Shown here in pieces: positions 1 through 6,380 of a stretch of DNA of 11,502 bases. Every line of letters starts with the position of its first letter. Within the stretch, counting starts at the first letter, position 1. The position numbers were made by a program, and so were the translations under genes. Below the pieces are notes generated by a model, which was not told where the DNA came from, searched no databases, and saw only the letters and a program-made list of their open reading frames with translations. The stretch is taken from IMG/VR virus record IMGVR_UViG_3300027733_000047, one strand, 5' to 3'. The stretch comes from a virus. Lineage: Duplodnaviria > Heunggongvirae > Uroviricota > Caudoviricetes.

Positions 1-17
1 CAGTTAATCTCAAACAT
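1..17 (-). CDS. 5' end of a gene running off the left edge (MFEIN...)
   Basis: ATG at 17..15, preceded on the minus strand by ATATTTAT (38..31) and an A-rich spacer, the same layout as other genes here. Only 5 full codons are visible. Confidence 0.5.
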
Positions 18-37
18 TTCTATTTTTTATATAAATA

Positions 38-454
38 TCACACCTCCCCAATAAATTCATGGCTAAAACAAATTCTCCTATTGTCAAAGTAATGTTCTTT
101 ATACATGTTTTTTATGGAAACATCTTTTCTAAGTTTTTTATTTTTACTTGTTGCAACCCACAATGGCGAATTTTCTCGATAATACCCCATCTTAGGGTGC
201 GCGGTTCTTGAAAAGAATCTAAGACCTTGTTCCACGTGGATTTCACCTATTCCATTAGAAAATCTAACACCCATACCCATACCTTGATAATCTGGGAGAA
301 TAACCGTCCTATGACTACGCCATGCATCCTTTAGTGTACCACTCGGCATTGCAATACTAGCACAAAACGCAACAATCTCATCTTCCCATACACCTAAATA
401 ACACCTAGCTGCTTTATTTATGTTACCATCTAAATAATGATAGTCTTTAAACAT
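38..454 (-). CDS. GNAT-fold acetyltransferase-like domain, probably the C-terminal half of a frameshift fusion with the upstream ABC ATPase
   Basis: GNAT motif A-like segment RTVILPDYQGMGMG and an N-terminal HYL motif. The frame stays open upstream from 454 to the T9 tract at 509-517 (ARPKINLEIYRTSHNIWP-MFK). Confidence 0.8.
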   Translation of the reverse strand: MFKDYHYLDGNINKAARCYLGVWEDEIVAFCASIAMPSGTLKDAWRSHRTVILPDYQGMGMGVRFSNGIGEIHVEQGLRFFSRTAHPKMGYYRENSPLWVATSKNKKLRKDVSIKNMYKEHYFDNRRICFSHEFIGEV

Positions 455-1107
455 GGGCCAGATATTATGGCTTGTTCGATATATCTCGAGATTGATTTTT
501 GGGCGGGCAAAAAAAAACCCTGATGGAATTCACCAGTATCAGTATCTATAACCCAATCAGGTTCTAACCAATCTAGTATATCGCGGTGACATGTAGCTAA
601 AACAATATTGTTTATATCATTATTTTTAACATATTTACTCAAAGACACGCTAGCAGCTTTTGCTACATTCCTATCTACAACGCTTGTAAACTCATCAATG
701 ACAGCATTTGACTTTAATTTTCTAGCTAAATCAGCTCTAAACTTTTCACCGTTTGATAATACATGATATGGTTTATACCAAGAAGGTATTGTATTTAACC
801 CAACGGCACCTAACTTGTTTATTGATTCATCTGGAGATTCAAAATGTGATACGATTGATTTTGTACCATCCCATTCTGGTGAATCTTCAACACCAAAGTT
901 TTTTAGTAATGTTGACTTACCAGAACCGCTGGAACCAACAATTACACCAATCTTAAATTGTTTTGGAATGTTACTTGGAAGAATCCAAGGATAAAATTTA
1001 GATGTACCGTCAAATATACAATCAAATGCTCTTTCACTGGCTTTGATAAAATCATCTCTATCTACTGTAGAGATTAAAGGGGTTGAAGTTTTAATTAATT
1101 TTTCCAT
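430..1107 (-). CDS. Soluble ABC-family ATPase domain (N-terminal half of an ABC-GNAT fusion)
   Basis: Walker A GSSGSGKST, ABC signature LSNGE, Walker B AVIDEF and H-loop ATCH. No transmembrane segments. Confidence 0.9.
   Translation of the reverse strand: MEKLIKTSTPLISTVDRDDFIKASERAFDCIFDGTSKFYPWILPSNIPKQFKIGVIVGSSGSGKSTLLKNFGVEDSPEWDGTKSIVSHFESPDESINKLGAVGLNTIPSWYKPYHVLSNGEKFRADLARKLKSNAVIDEFTSVVDRNVAKAASVSLSKYVKNNDINNIVLATCHRDILDWLEPDWVIDTDTGEFHQGFFLPAQKSISRYIEQAIISGPCLKTIII
509..520 (-). other. Slippery site GGG-T9 (candidate -1 ribosomal frameshift or transcriptional slippage site)
   Basis: Minus strand reads CAG GGT TTT TTT TTG in the ATPase frame. This contains in-phase X_XXY_YYZ heptamers G_GGU_UUU and U_UUU_UUU, and a -1 shift enters the GNAT frame. 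Confidence 0.7.
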
Positions 1108-1160
1108 CTATGATAAATATAGATATCTACCATACGATGTAAAGTATATAAAATACAATA

Positions 1161-1186
1161 GCTATTGGGTCTCTCAACCCAATAGC
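1161..1186. terminator. Stem-loop, probable terminator for the 1215-1421 gene
   Basis: Perfect 10-bp stem GCTATTGGGT/ACCCAATAGC with a 6-nt loop. The U-tract on the minus strand is imperfect. Confidence 0.6.
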
Positions 1187-1214
1187 CTTTAATATTTTTA
1201 AAACTTAATTTAGA

Positions 1215-1421
1215 TTACTTACCTTCAGTAAGTTTGTTGATTTTAGCTTCCAAAGCAGCTAATTTTGTTTCTAAAATAGAGTTTTTGTTACCTTTAGATG
1301 CTTGTTCTGCTAACCATTCTGTTTTCTTGATTTGAACCGCTTCACTAACGATATTGTCGATTAAGTTAACTAAATCGCTTTCAGAAATTTTAACTGTTTT
1401 TGTTGTTTTAGACATATGCAT
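1215..1421 (-). CDS. Small hypothetical protein with a KISESDLVNLIDNIVSE leader and a coiled-coil-like C-terminus; possible head-internal protein (start at 1421 or 1415)
   Basis: Intact ORF with ATATTTAT upstream (1461..1454), repeated [ILV]xE triplets (ISE, VSE, LAE, ILE, ALE, LTE) and a hairpin downstream. Confidence 0.75.
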   Translation of the reverse strand: MHMSKTTKTVKISESDLVNLIDNIVSEAVQIKKTEWLAEQASKGNKNSILETKLAALEAKINKLTEGK

Positions 1422-1489
1422 AAGTTTTTTAAAAAGATAGATTATCTTAATATATAAATATATTAAATTTTATAAAAAGATAAAAAAAA

Positions 1490-1999
1490 TTACTTGGCAT
1501 ATTTATCGCCGCAATAACTTGCAGCCCACGCACTCGGCTTTACCTTAAACTCATAACCCATACCCAATATATAACCAATGGCTTGACTTAACGATTTGCT
1601 AGATTCCCATTTTGGGTCTGGGTTTATATCAGCATGAATCTCCATGCTTATACCATACAATTCAAGCAATGGCGCAATCTCATAAGCAACCTCAATTGAT
1701 TTGCCAACTTCTGTTAACATCCTTTCATTCACGCCCTCTTTATCTTTACCAAAAACATTGATATTATATGTTGCAGATATAATCTTCCCACCCCTACCAA
1801 CTGTTACACCACCACCAATATCTTCTCTAACGGTAATCAAGATAACTGTTGCAAACTTATAACCCCTACTATTTTTTTGTGAGTCGGTACCAACAGAAAC
1901 CCTTAACTCATGTTTCAATTCTAATTCTTCCTTGATTAAAGATTCTAAATACTCTAACAATGGAACATTAATTTTTTTACCAGCTCTTTCCCATTTCAT
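1490..1999 (-). CDS. RNase H-like protein of the YkuK/DUF458 type
   Basis: Motifs SVGTDSQ, ERMLTEVGKSIEVA, EIHADIN and KVKPSAWAASYCGD match the family pattern as I recall it. Confidence 0.8.
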   Translation of the reverse strand: MKWERAGKKINVPLLEYLESLIKEELELKHELRVSVGTDSQKNSRGYKFATVILITVREDIGGGVTVGRGGKIISATYNINVFGKDKEGVNERMLTEVGKSIEVAYEIAPLLELYGISMEIHADINPDPKWESSKSLSQAIGYILGMGYEFKVKPSAWAASYCGDKYAK

Positions 2000-2130
2000 A
2001 ACTTTTAATTTTTTAAAATATTTATGTATAACATTTAGTTTTTATATGACGATAAAACAAATACAGTCTGTTAATAATACAATAATATGTATTATTATAA
2101 ACCCTATTATCGCTATAATAGATACTAAAC

Positions 2131-2158
2131 AAAAGTCCCCATTTCTGGGGACTTTTTT
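2131..2158. terminator. Bidirectional intrinsic terminator
   Basis: 11-bp stem AAAAGTCCCCA/TGGGGACTTTT with loop TTTC and A/T tracts on both sides. It abuts the stop codon of the LRR gene. Confidence 0.85.
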
Positions 2159-3566
2159 ATAATTTAACTGAAGGCAACAACTTTTTGAGCCTTTCATAAT
2201 TATTTTCCCCTATTTGTTCTTTTTTAACTGCTAAACGAAATAACGAACCACCATTTGATTTATCTAATTTAGAAATCTCATCAGGAATCTCCGTTATCGG
2301 ATTACCAATTAGATTTAAAAACGTTAGATTTTTTAAATTACCTATTTCTCTTGGTAATGCTTTAATTTTATTTTCCGACAATACCAACATCTCTAGGTTT
2401 TCAAGCGCCCCAATTGACGGATGCAATTCAACCATACCCGCGTTTGTTATTATCAACTGGTCAACATCTTTAAACTTACTAATATCTGGCATTCTAGGAA
2501 TTTCCCTAGTCATAAATCTAATAACAGGTGTTTTTTCATCCAACAACTCAAATAAACTCTCACAAAAGCCAAATTTAATTAAGAAATCTAAGTATTTGTT
2601 ATTATCTAATCCTGTTGAAACCATTTTAGCCATTTCCATCAACTCATCATGAAAAAAACTTGAAAGGTTTTCACTTTGGTTAATTACATTTTCAAAAATA
2701 CTAACATTTTGTGAATTATGCCTGTCCTTTATCTGACCAGTTTCAAAATGAATTTGATAGATTTCATTTGATTCATTTTCAAAAAACTTATTGTTTATGA
2801 TAATGTAAATCTTAGATTTATCACCATTTGGTTTTCTATTGTTTTCGGTATAACTCTTAAACATACCATTCTCTGGTTTAGCCGTACACCAGTTAGCAAA
2901 CTTATCAAACACAACATTAGCATCCCTTACTTTTGGTATAAACAACGTAAACTTTCTATCTCTGACTGGTATCTCTGCTTGACCTAAATTAACAAACCTT
3001 TCCATCATGCTCTCAACTTCACTTGGTTTACGTTCAATAAACGGGTCAACAGCATCAAATAATTGCGCTAATGAAACATACTGATTAATATCCGTTGGGT
3101 CTTTAATATGTTTTAATATATGAGAAGAGCTGCAAAAATCTTTAAACTTTTTCTTCCTTTTGTTCGATTCAAATAGCGTAATATATGAACTAGCCTGCGG
3201 TAAATCTTCAACAACAAATCTAATAGCTACATGGGTGTTACTACCACCAGATTTAATCAATCTAGTAAAAACATTTAACATCCATTGAACACATGATTTG
3301 TTTGGTGTCGGGTCTGCTTCAATTATTTTGGTGAAAATATCAAAAGATATGCTGACATTTTTCTGTATACGACCTTCATTTTTTTTATATGAAACTAAAC
3401 ATAGCAACACATCTGATGAAGTTATATTACTAACTTCAAACTCATCATCATTTAACTTTTTTATCTTACGCTCCACAGCTTTGGCGTCTTCTGTCTCGAA
3501 AACATCAAATTTTTCAGCTAAAAATGTTAACCTATCTTTTACTATATTTTTTTTGTCGTCAAACAT
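2157..3566 (-). CDS. 469-aa protein: phage-type N-terminal and central region (DPTPNK...QWML, WCT motif) plus C-terminal leucine-rich repeats
   Basis: LRR units LEMLVLSENKIKALPREIGNL and LTFLNLIGNPITEIPDEISKL fit LxxLxLxxNxLxxLPxxIGxL. Start moved to ATG 3566 because the ORF-track start (3593) lies inside the promoter. Confidence 0.85.
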   Translation of the reverse strand: MFDDKKNIVKDRLTFLAEKFDVFETEDAKAVERKIKKLNDDEFEVSNITSSDVLLCLVSYKKNEGRIQKNVSISFDIFTKIIEADPTPNKSCVQWMLNVFTRLIKSGGSNTHVAIRFVVEDLPQASSYITLFESNKRKKKFKDFCSSSHILKHIKDPTDINQYVSLAQLFDAVDPFIERKPSEVESMMERFVNLGQAEIPVRDRKFTLFIPKVRDANVVFDKFANWCTAKPENGMFKSYTENNRKPNGDKSKIYIIINNKFFENESNEIYQIHFETGQIKDRHNSQNVSIFENVINQSENLSSFFHDELMEMAKMVSTGLDNNKYLDFLIKFGFCESLFELLDEKTPVIRFMTREIPRMPDISKFKDVDQLIITNAGMVELHPSIGALENLEMLVLSENKIKALPREIGNLKNLTFLNLIGNPITEIPDEISKLDKSNGGSLFRLAVKKEQIGENNYERLKKLLPSVKL

Positions 3567-3582
3567 ATAACCGTATTTATTA

Positions 3583-3614
3583 CAAATATACAAAAACTAA
3601 ATTGATTATACAAA
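3583..3614 (-). promoter_or_regulatory. Bacteroidota housekeeping-sigma promoter (-33/-7)
   Basis: TTTG (3614..3611), 20 nt, then TATATTTG (3590..3583): an exact match to the TTTG-N19-21-TAnnTTTG consensus. Confidence 0.85.
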
Positions 3615-3959
3615 CTATTCAAAAAATCTTTTGTAAAAATCATCCTCAGCGTATTCTTCAAGTCTTCGTTTAAGATTCCAAACTAAATAACTTAAATCAG
3701 ATTCTTTATATCTAGAAATAACATCTAATATGACATGATTTGGGTCCTCGCCATCGGTTATCCTGTATTTTATTTCTTGGAAATATTTACCCCCGTCGGT
3801 ATCACATAACTCACTTATTATTAAATTGTAAGTTTCCCATCTAATCTCCTTATCTTCATCATTTGTTAAAATGACATTATTGATTATTTTTCTGTATTCA
3901 TTATCTAATGTCGTATGTTTACCCGTCCCAGCTTTTACGATAAAATTAAAAATCTCCAT
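3615..3959 (-). CDS. Hypothetical protein, paralog of 4065-4388
   Basis: Shares the W-x-TYN-x-[IV]I-x-EL...E-xx-Y-xx-TD-xx-DPN-x-V core with the neighbouring gene. Has its own ATATTTAT at 3996..3989. Confidence 0.8.
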   Translation of the reverse strand: MEIFNFIVKAGTGKHTTLDNEYRKIINNVILTNDEDKEIRWETYNLIISELCDTDGGKYFQEIKYRITDGEDPNHVILDVISRYKESDLSYLVWNLKRRLEEYAEDDFYKRFFE

Positions 3960-4064
3960 AGGTCTAGTTTTTAATAAACGTTATATACATAAATATCTTT
4001 TAAATCTTCATAGGACTAACCCAAATAAAGCTAAAAGGTTAAATTTAAATTTTTTCAAAATTTT

Positions 4065-4388
4065 TTAAATGAAATTAATTATTTTGTAATATAGTCTCTC
4101 TAATTCGGGTGAACGATGTTTAACATCTTCCATCACCTCTATACAGACCTCATTCGGGTCAAGATTGTCGGTTAGTTTATATTGTAGTTCTTTGACTTTT
4201 AGATTATCTTTAATTGAATGCTTGAGCTCTAAAATGACTTGATTGTAGGTGAGCCAAGCTTTCTTATTTTTCATGTTACCACCAATTAAAATATCGGTCA
4301 CCTTATCTTCGTATATGTGCTCTAAATGAGTTTTAAAATCACCATATTCCGTTCTCAAAGTTTCTTTTATCTTATTCTTGATGTTCAT
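4065..4388 (-). CDS. Hypothetical protein, paralog of 3615-3959, with an IKE-type leader
   Basis: Intact ORF 6 nt downstream of 4395-4733, carrying the shared TYN...TD..DPN core. Confidence 0.8.
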   Translation of the reverse strand: MNIKNKIKETLRTEYGDFKTHLEHIYEDKVTDILIGGNMKNKKAWLTYNQVILELKHSIKDNLKVKELQYKLTDNLDPNEVCIEVMEDVKHRSPELERLYYKIINFI

Positions 4389-4394
4389 ACCATC

Positions 4395-4733
4395 TTAATT
4401 TATAGGCACATTTTTGGTTAGCTGGTTGTTTTTAATATTACCAAACATCCAATCTTGAATTACTTGTTGGGTAAATGAATCACCCAATTTATATTTCTTT
4501 TTAAAATATTCAAATAACTCTTTAGGTGTTATCCCCTCGCCATCAACTTTAATTTTAATCATTGGTTCTTCCTTATATTCACCGTTCTCCCTCACCACAC
4601 CAAGCATAGGCTCATAATTCATATCTAAATCAGAAACCAATTCCGCAACCAATTTTTGGTGGGTATTGCTCTCATTGATATGATTTAGTATTTTTTTATA
4701 CTGATTTTCCGTTATAATTAATTTAACACTCAT
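4395..4733 (-). CDS. Hypothetical protein with a KLIITENQYKKI...INE leader
   Basis: Intact ORF with ATATTTAT (4746..4739) 5 nt before the ATG. Confidence 0.8.
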   Translation of the reverse strand: MSVKLIITENQYKKILNHINESNTHQKLVAELVSDLDMNYEPMLGVVRENGEYKEEPMIKIKVDGEGITPKELFEYFKKKYKLGDSFTQQVIQDWMFGNIKNNQLTKNVPIN

Positions 4734-4759
4734 ATACCATAAATATCTTTATAAATAAA

Positions 4760-4782
4760 AAAGAGCTGTCAAGCAGCTCTTT
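4760..4782 (-). terminator. Intrinsic terminator after thioredoxin
   Basis: 9-bp stem AAAGAGCTG/CAGCTCTTT with a 5-nt loop, followed by a T-run on the minus strand. Confidence 0.85.
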
Positions 4783-4785
4783 AAT

Positions 4786-5100
4786 TTAATTTTTAAATTC
4801 GTCTATAACGCTTTGTAGAGCTGATTTAGGTACCGCACCCTTTTGTCTGTAAACCTCAGCACCATCTTTTAAAAAGATAATTGTTGGGATGCTGGTAACA
4901 CCGTATTTTGCCGATGCTTCTGGGTTGCTAGTAACATCTACCTTGCCAATAACAACGTCAGTGTTTTCATTAGCTAATTCGTTAATGATAGGTCCTATCA
5001 TTCTGCATGGGCCGCACCAAGCCGCCCAAAAATCCATAACAACAAGTTTTTCACTTGTTAAAACCTCACCAATGTTCTGGTCTGTAATCTCTAATGCCAT
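4786..5100 (-). CDS. trxA: Thioredoxin
   Basis: Active site DFWAAWCGPC, cis-Pro motif SIPT, FLKDG...GA and a typical length of 104 aa. Confidence 0.97.
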   Translation of the reverse strand: MALEITDQNIGEVLTSEKLVVMDFWAAWCGPCRMIGPIINELANENTDVVIGKVDVTSNPEASAKYGVTSIPTIIFLKDGAEVYRQKGAVPKSALQSVIDEFKN

Positions 5101-5148
5101 AATTTAATTTTTGTTTAATATAATTTTATTGTTCTGAAAATAAATACC

Positions 5149-5457
5149 TCAATTTAATGAGTTTTTAAAATATTCGTTGATTAACCTTATAGGTCTTTCA
5201 AATTCTCTAAATTTTTCCTCTATAAAGTATTCCTTGATATAATCACCACTCTCGTTGTATTCCAACCCGTATATTTTTCTGATATAATCAAATATATCCA
5301 TAATTCTATGACTATCCGCATAATCCATTTCTTCCAATAAAATAGAATTCTTTATACCGTTACAAAAAGCGGTATACGTCATATAGTTTGTTTTTTCAAA
5401 CAATTCATATGATTTCTCACATATACTATAATAAATATAATTTTTTAAATTGTCCAT
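5149..5457 (-). CDS. Hypothetical protein
   Basis: Intact 102-aa ORF with ATATTTAT 10 nt upstream. Confidence 0.75.
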   Translation of the reverse strand: MDNLKNYIYYSICEKSYELFEKTNYMTYTAFCNGIKNSILLEEMDYADSHRIMDIFDYIRKIYGLEYNESGDYIKEYFIEEKFREFERPIRLINEYFKNSLN

Positions 5458-5466
5458 TTTATATTA

Positions 5467-5480
5467 GATAAATATTTATC
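5467..5480. promoter_or_regulatory. Palindromic bidirectional ATATTTAT element between divergent genes
   Basis: Perfect 14-bp palindrome GATAAATATTTATC in a 27-nt gap, providing one ATATTTAT per strand. Confidence 0.7.
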
Positions 5481-5484
5481 ATAT

Positions 5485-5733
5485 ATGATAGAATTGCAAG
5501 AACAAGAATTAATGCTAAAATTTCTTAAAAAGAATTTTCCTGTTTATAGGTTAAAAAATGGTCTAAGATTTAAAAGGACAATAATACTTGAAACTGGAGA
5601 ATCGTACTTATTAAGCAACAAGGATTCGGTTAATGACCTGTATTTTAAATTATACGATGTACTTAGAACCGTATTTAATACCGATAAAAATACGAATAAA
5701 TTTGTTTTAGATAAATTTTTAAACGTAAAATAA
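5485..5733 (+). CDS. Hypothetical protein
   Basis: Intact 82-aa ORF with ATATTTAT (5472-5479) 5 nt before the ATG. Confidence 0.7.
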   Translation: MIELQEQELMLKFLKKNFPVYRLKNGLRFKRTIILETGESYLLSNKDSVNDLYFKLYDVLRTVFNTDKNTNKFVLDKFLNVK

Positions 5734-5839
5734 TATTAGTTCTAATAAAACTAACTAGTGGTATTATACCTAAAAAGTACAATATATTTGGGTGTCCATC
5801 TCCGCACAGCCCAAATGAATGCTTTAAAATTTCTATCAT
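5675..5839 (-). CDS. Small (54 aa) membrane-associated protein with an HxxGxCGxxHP motif
   Basis: MIEILKHSFGLCGDGHPNILYFLGIIPLV, with a hydrophobic stretch after the motif. A perfect host-type promoter and A-rich leader lie upstream of ATG 5839. Confidence 0.7.
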   Translation of the reverse strand: MIEILKHSFGLCGDGHPNILYFLGIIPLVSFIRTNIILRLKIYLKQIYSYFYRY

Positions 5840-5854
5840 TTTATTTTTTTGCAA

Positions 5855-5886
5855 CAAAGATACAAATTTTTGACACAAAAAACAAA
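5855..5886 (-). promoter_or_regulatory. Bacteroidota housekeeping-sigma promoter
   Basis: TTTG (5886..5883), 20 nt, then TATCTTTG (5862..5855). Confidence 0.85.
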
Positions 5887-5893
5887 TTTTTTC

Positions 5894-6319
5894 TTAAATT
5901 TCTAGCGGTTTAATATTATTAAACTGAGCCGTTATATTGAAATCTTCTTGGTAATCTTGAATCTCTTCCAATTTGTCTAATATTAATGTAAGGTTTGTAG
6001 CTTTATCCGTAACAACATCTGCCATATCATATATTGCCGATTCTATTTCGCCATCATCGTCCTGTCCGTACATGCTCATGAACTGTTTTCTTGCTTTATA
6101 CATAAAATCCTCAATACTATACACAATCTTGCCAAGATTTTTTATGTTTATGTTCATAGATAAGATATCACCAACACTCTCAAATGTAATTTTTGAATAT
6201 ATTTTATCCAGTTCAGCAGATTTTTCATTACACAATTGCTTAAATTTGGCTAATTGGTCTTCGCTCTCCTTTATAAGCCTAATTTTATTATACTGATTTT
6301 CAGTTACTTTTATTTTCAT
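5894..6319 (-). CDS. Hypothetical acidic helical protein with a KIKVTENQYNKI...IKE leader
   Basis: Start moved to ATG 6319, downstream of ATATTTAT (6342..6335) and an A-rich spacer. Confidence 0.8.
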   Translation of the reverse strand: MKIKVTENQYNKIRLIKESEDQLAKFKQLCNEKSAELDKIYSKITFESVGDILSMNINIKNLGKIVYSIEDFMYKARKQFMSMYGQDDDGEIESAIYDMADVVTDKATNLTLILDKLEEIQDYQEDFNITAQFNNIKPLEI

Positions 6320-6343
6320 TTTCTTTATTTTAATATAAATATA

Positions 6344-6375
6344 TTTGACAATCACAAAAATATTTAGTATATTTT
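6344..6375 (+). promoter_or_regulatory. Bacteroidota-type promoter (one mismatch)
   Basis: TTTG (6344-6347), 20 nt, then TATATTTT (6368-6375), 5 nt before ATG 6381. Confidence 0.65.
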
Positions 6376-6380
6376 AGCAT

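Noticed and set aside
753-956. Plus-strand 67-aa ORF
   Set aside because: Antisense to the well-supported ABC ATPase, with no promoter or recognisable motif.
1434-1466. AT-only palindromes (AAGATA-GAT-TATCTT, TTAATATATAAATATATTAA; also AAATTTAAATTT near 4041)
   Set aside because: Expected by chance in near-pure AT intergenic DNA and not repeated elsewhere.
2034-2129. Cloverleaf-like fold as a tRNA gene
   Set aside because: No D-loop GG, no T-loop GTTC and no CCA end, and arm lengths do not fit. Kept only as a candidate small RNA.
1932-2162. Plus-strand 76-aa ORF (or 38 aa from ATG 2046), and a hydrophobic minus-strand frame at about 2042-2128
   Set aside because: The plus ORF overlaps the RNase H-like gene and runs through the terminator. 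The minus frame has no start codon. The hydrophobicity is expected from AT-rich codons.
3298-6296. Plus-strand ORFs 3298-3570, 3871-4068, 4889-5107 and 5973-6296
   Set aside because: All are antisense shadows of better-supported minus-strand genes.
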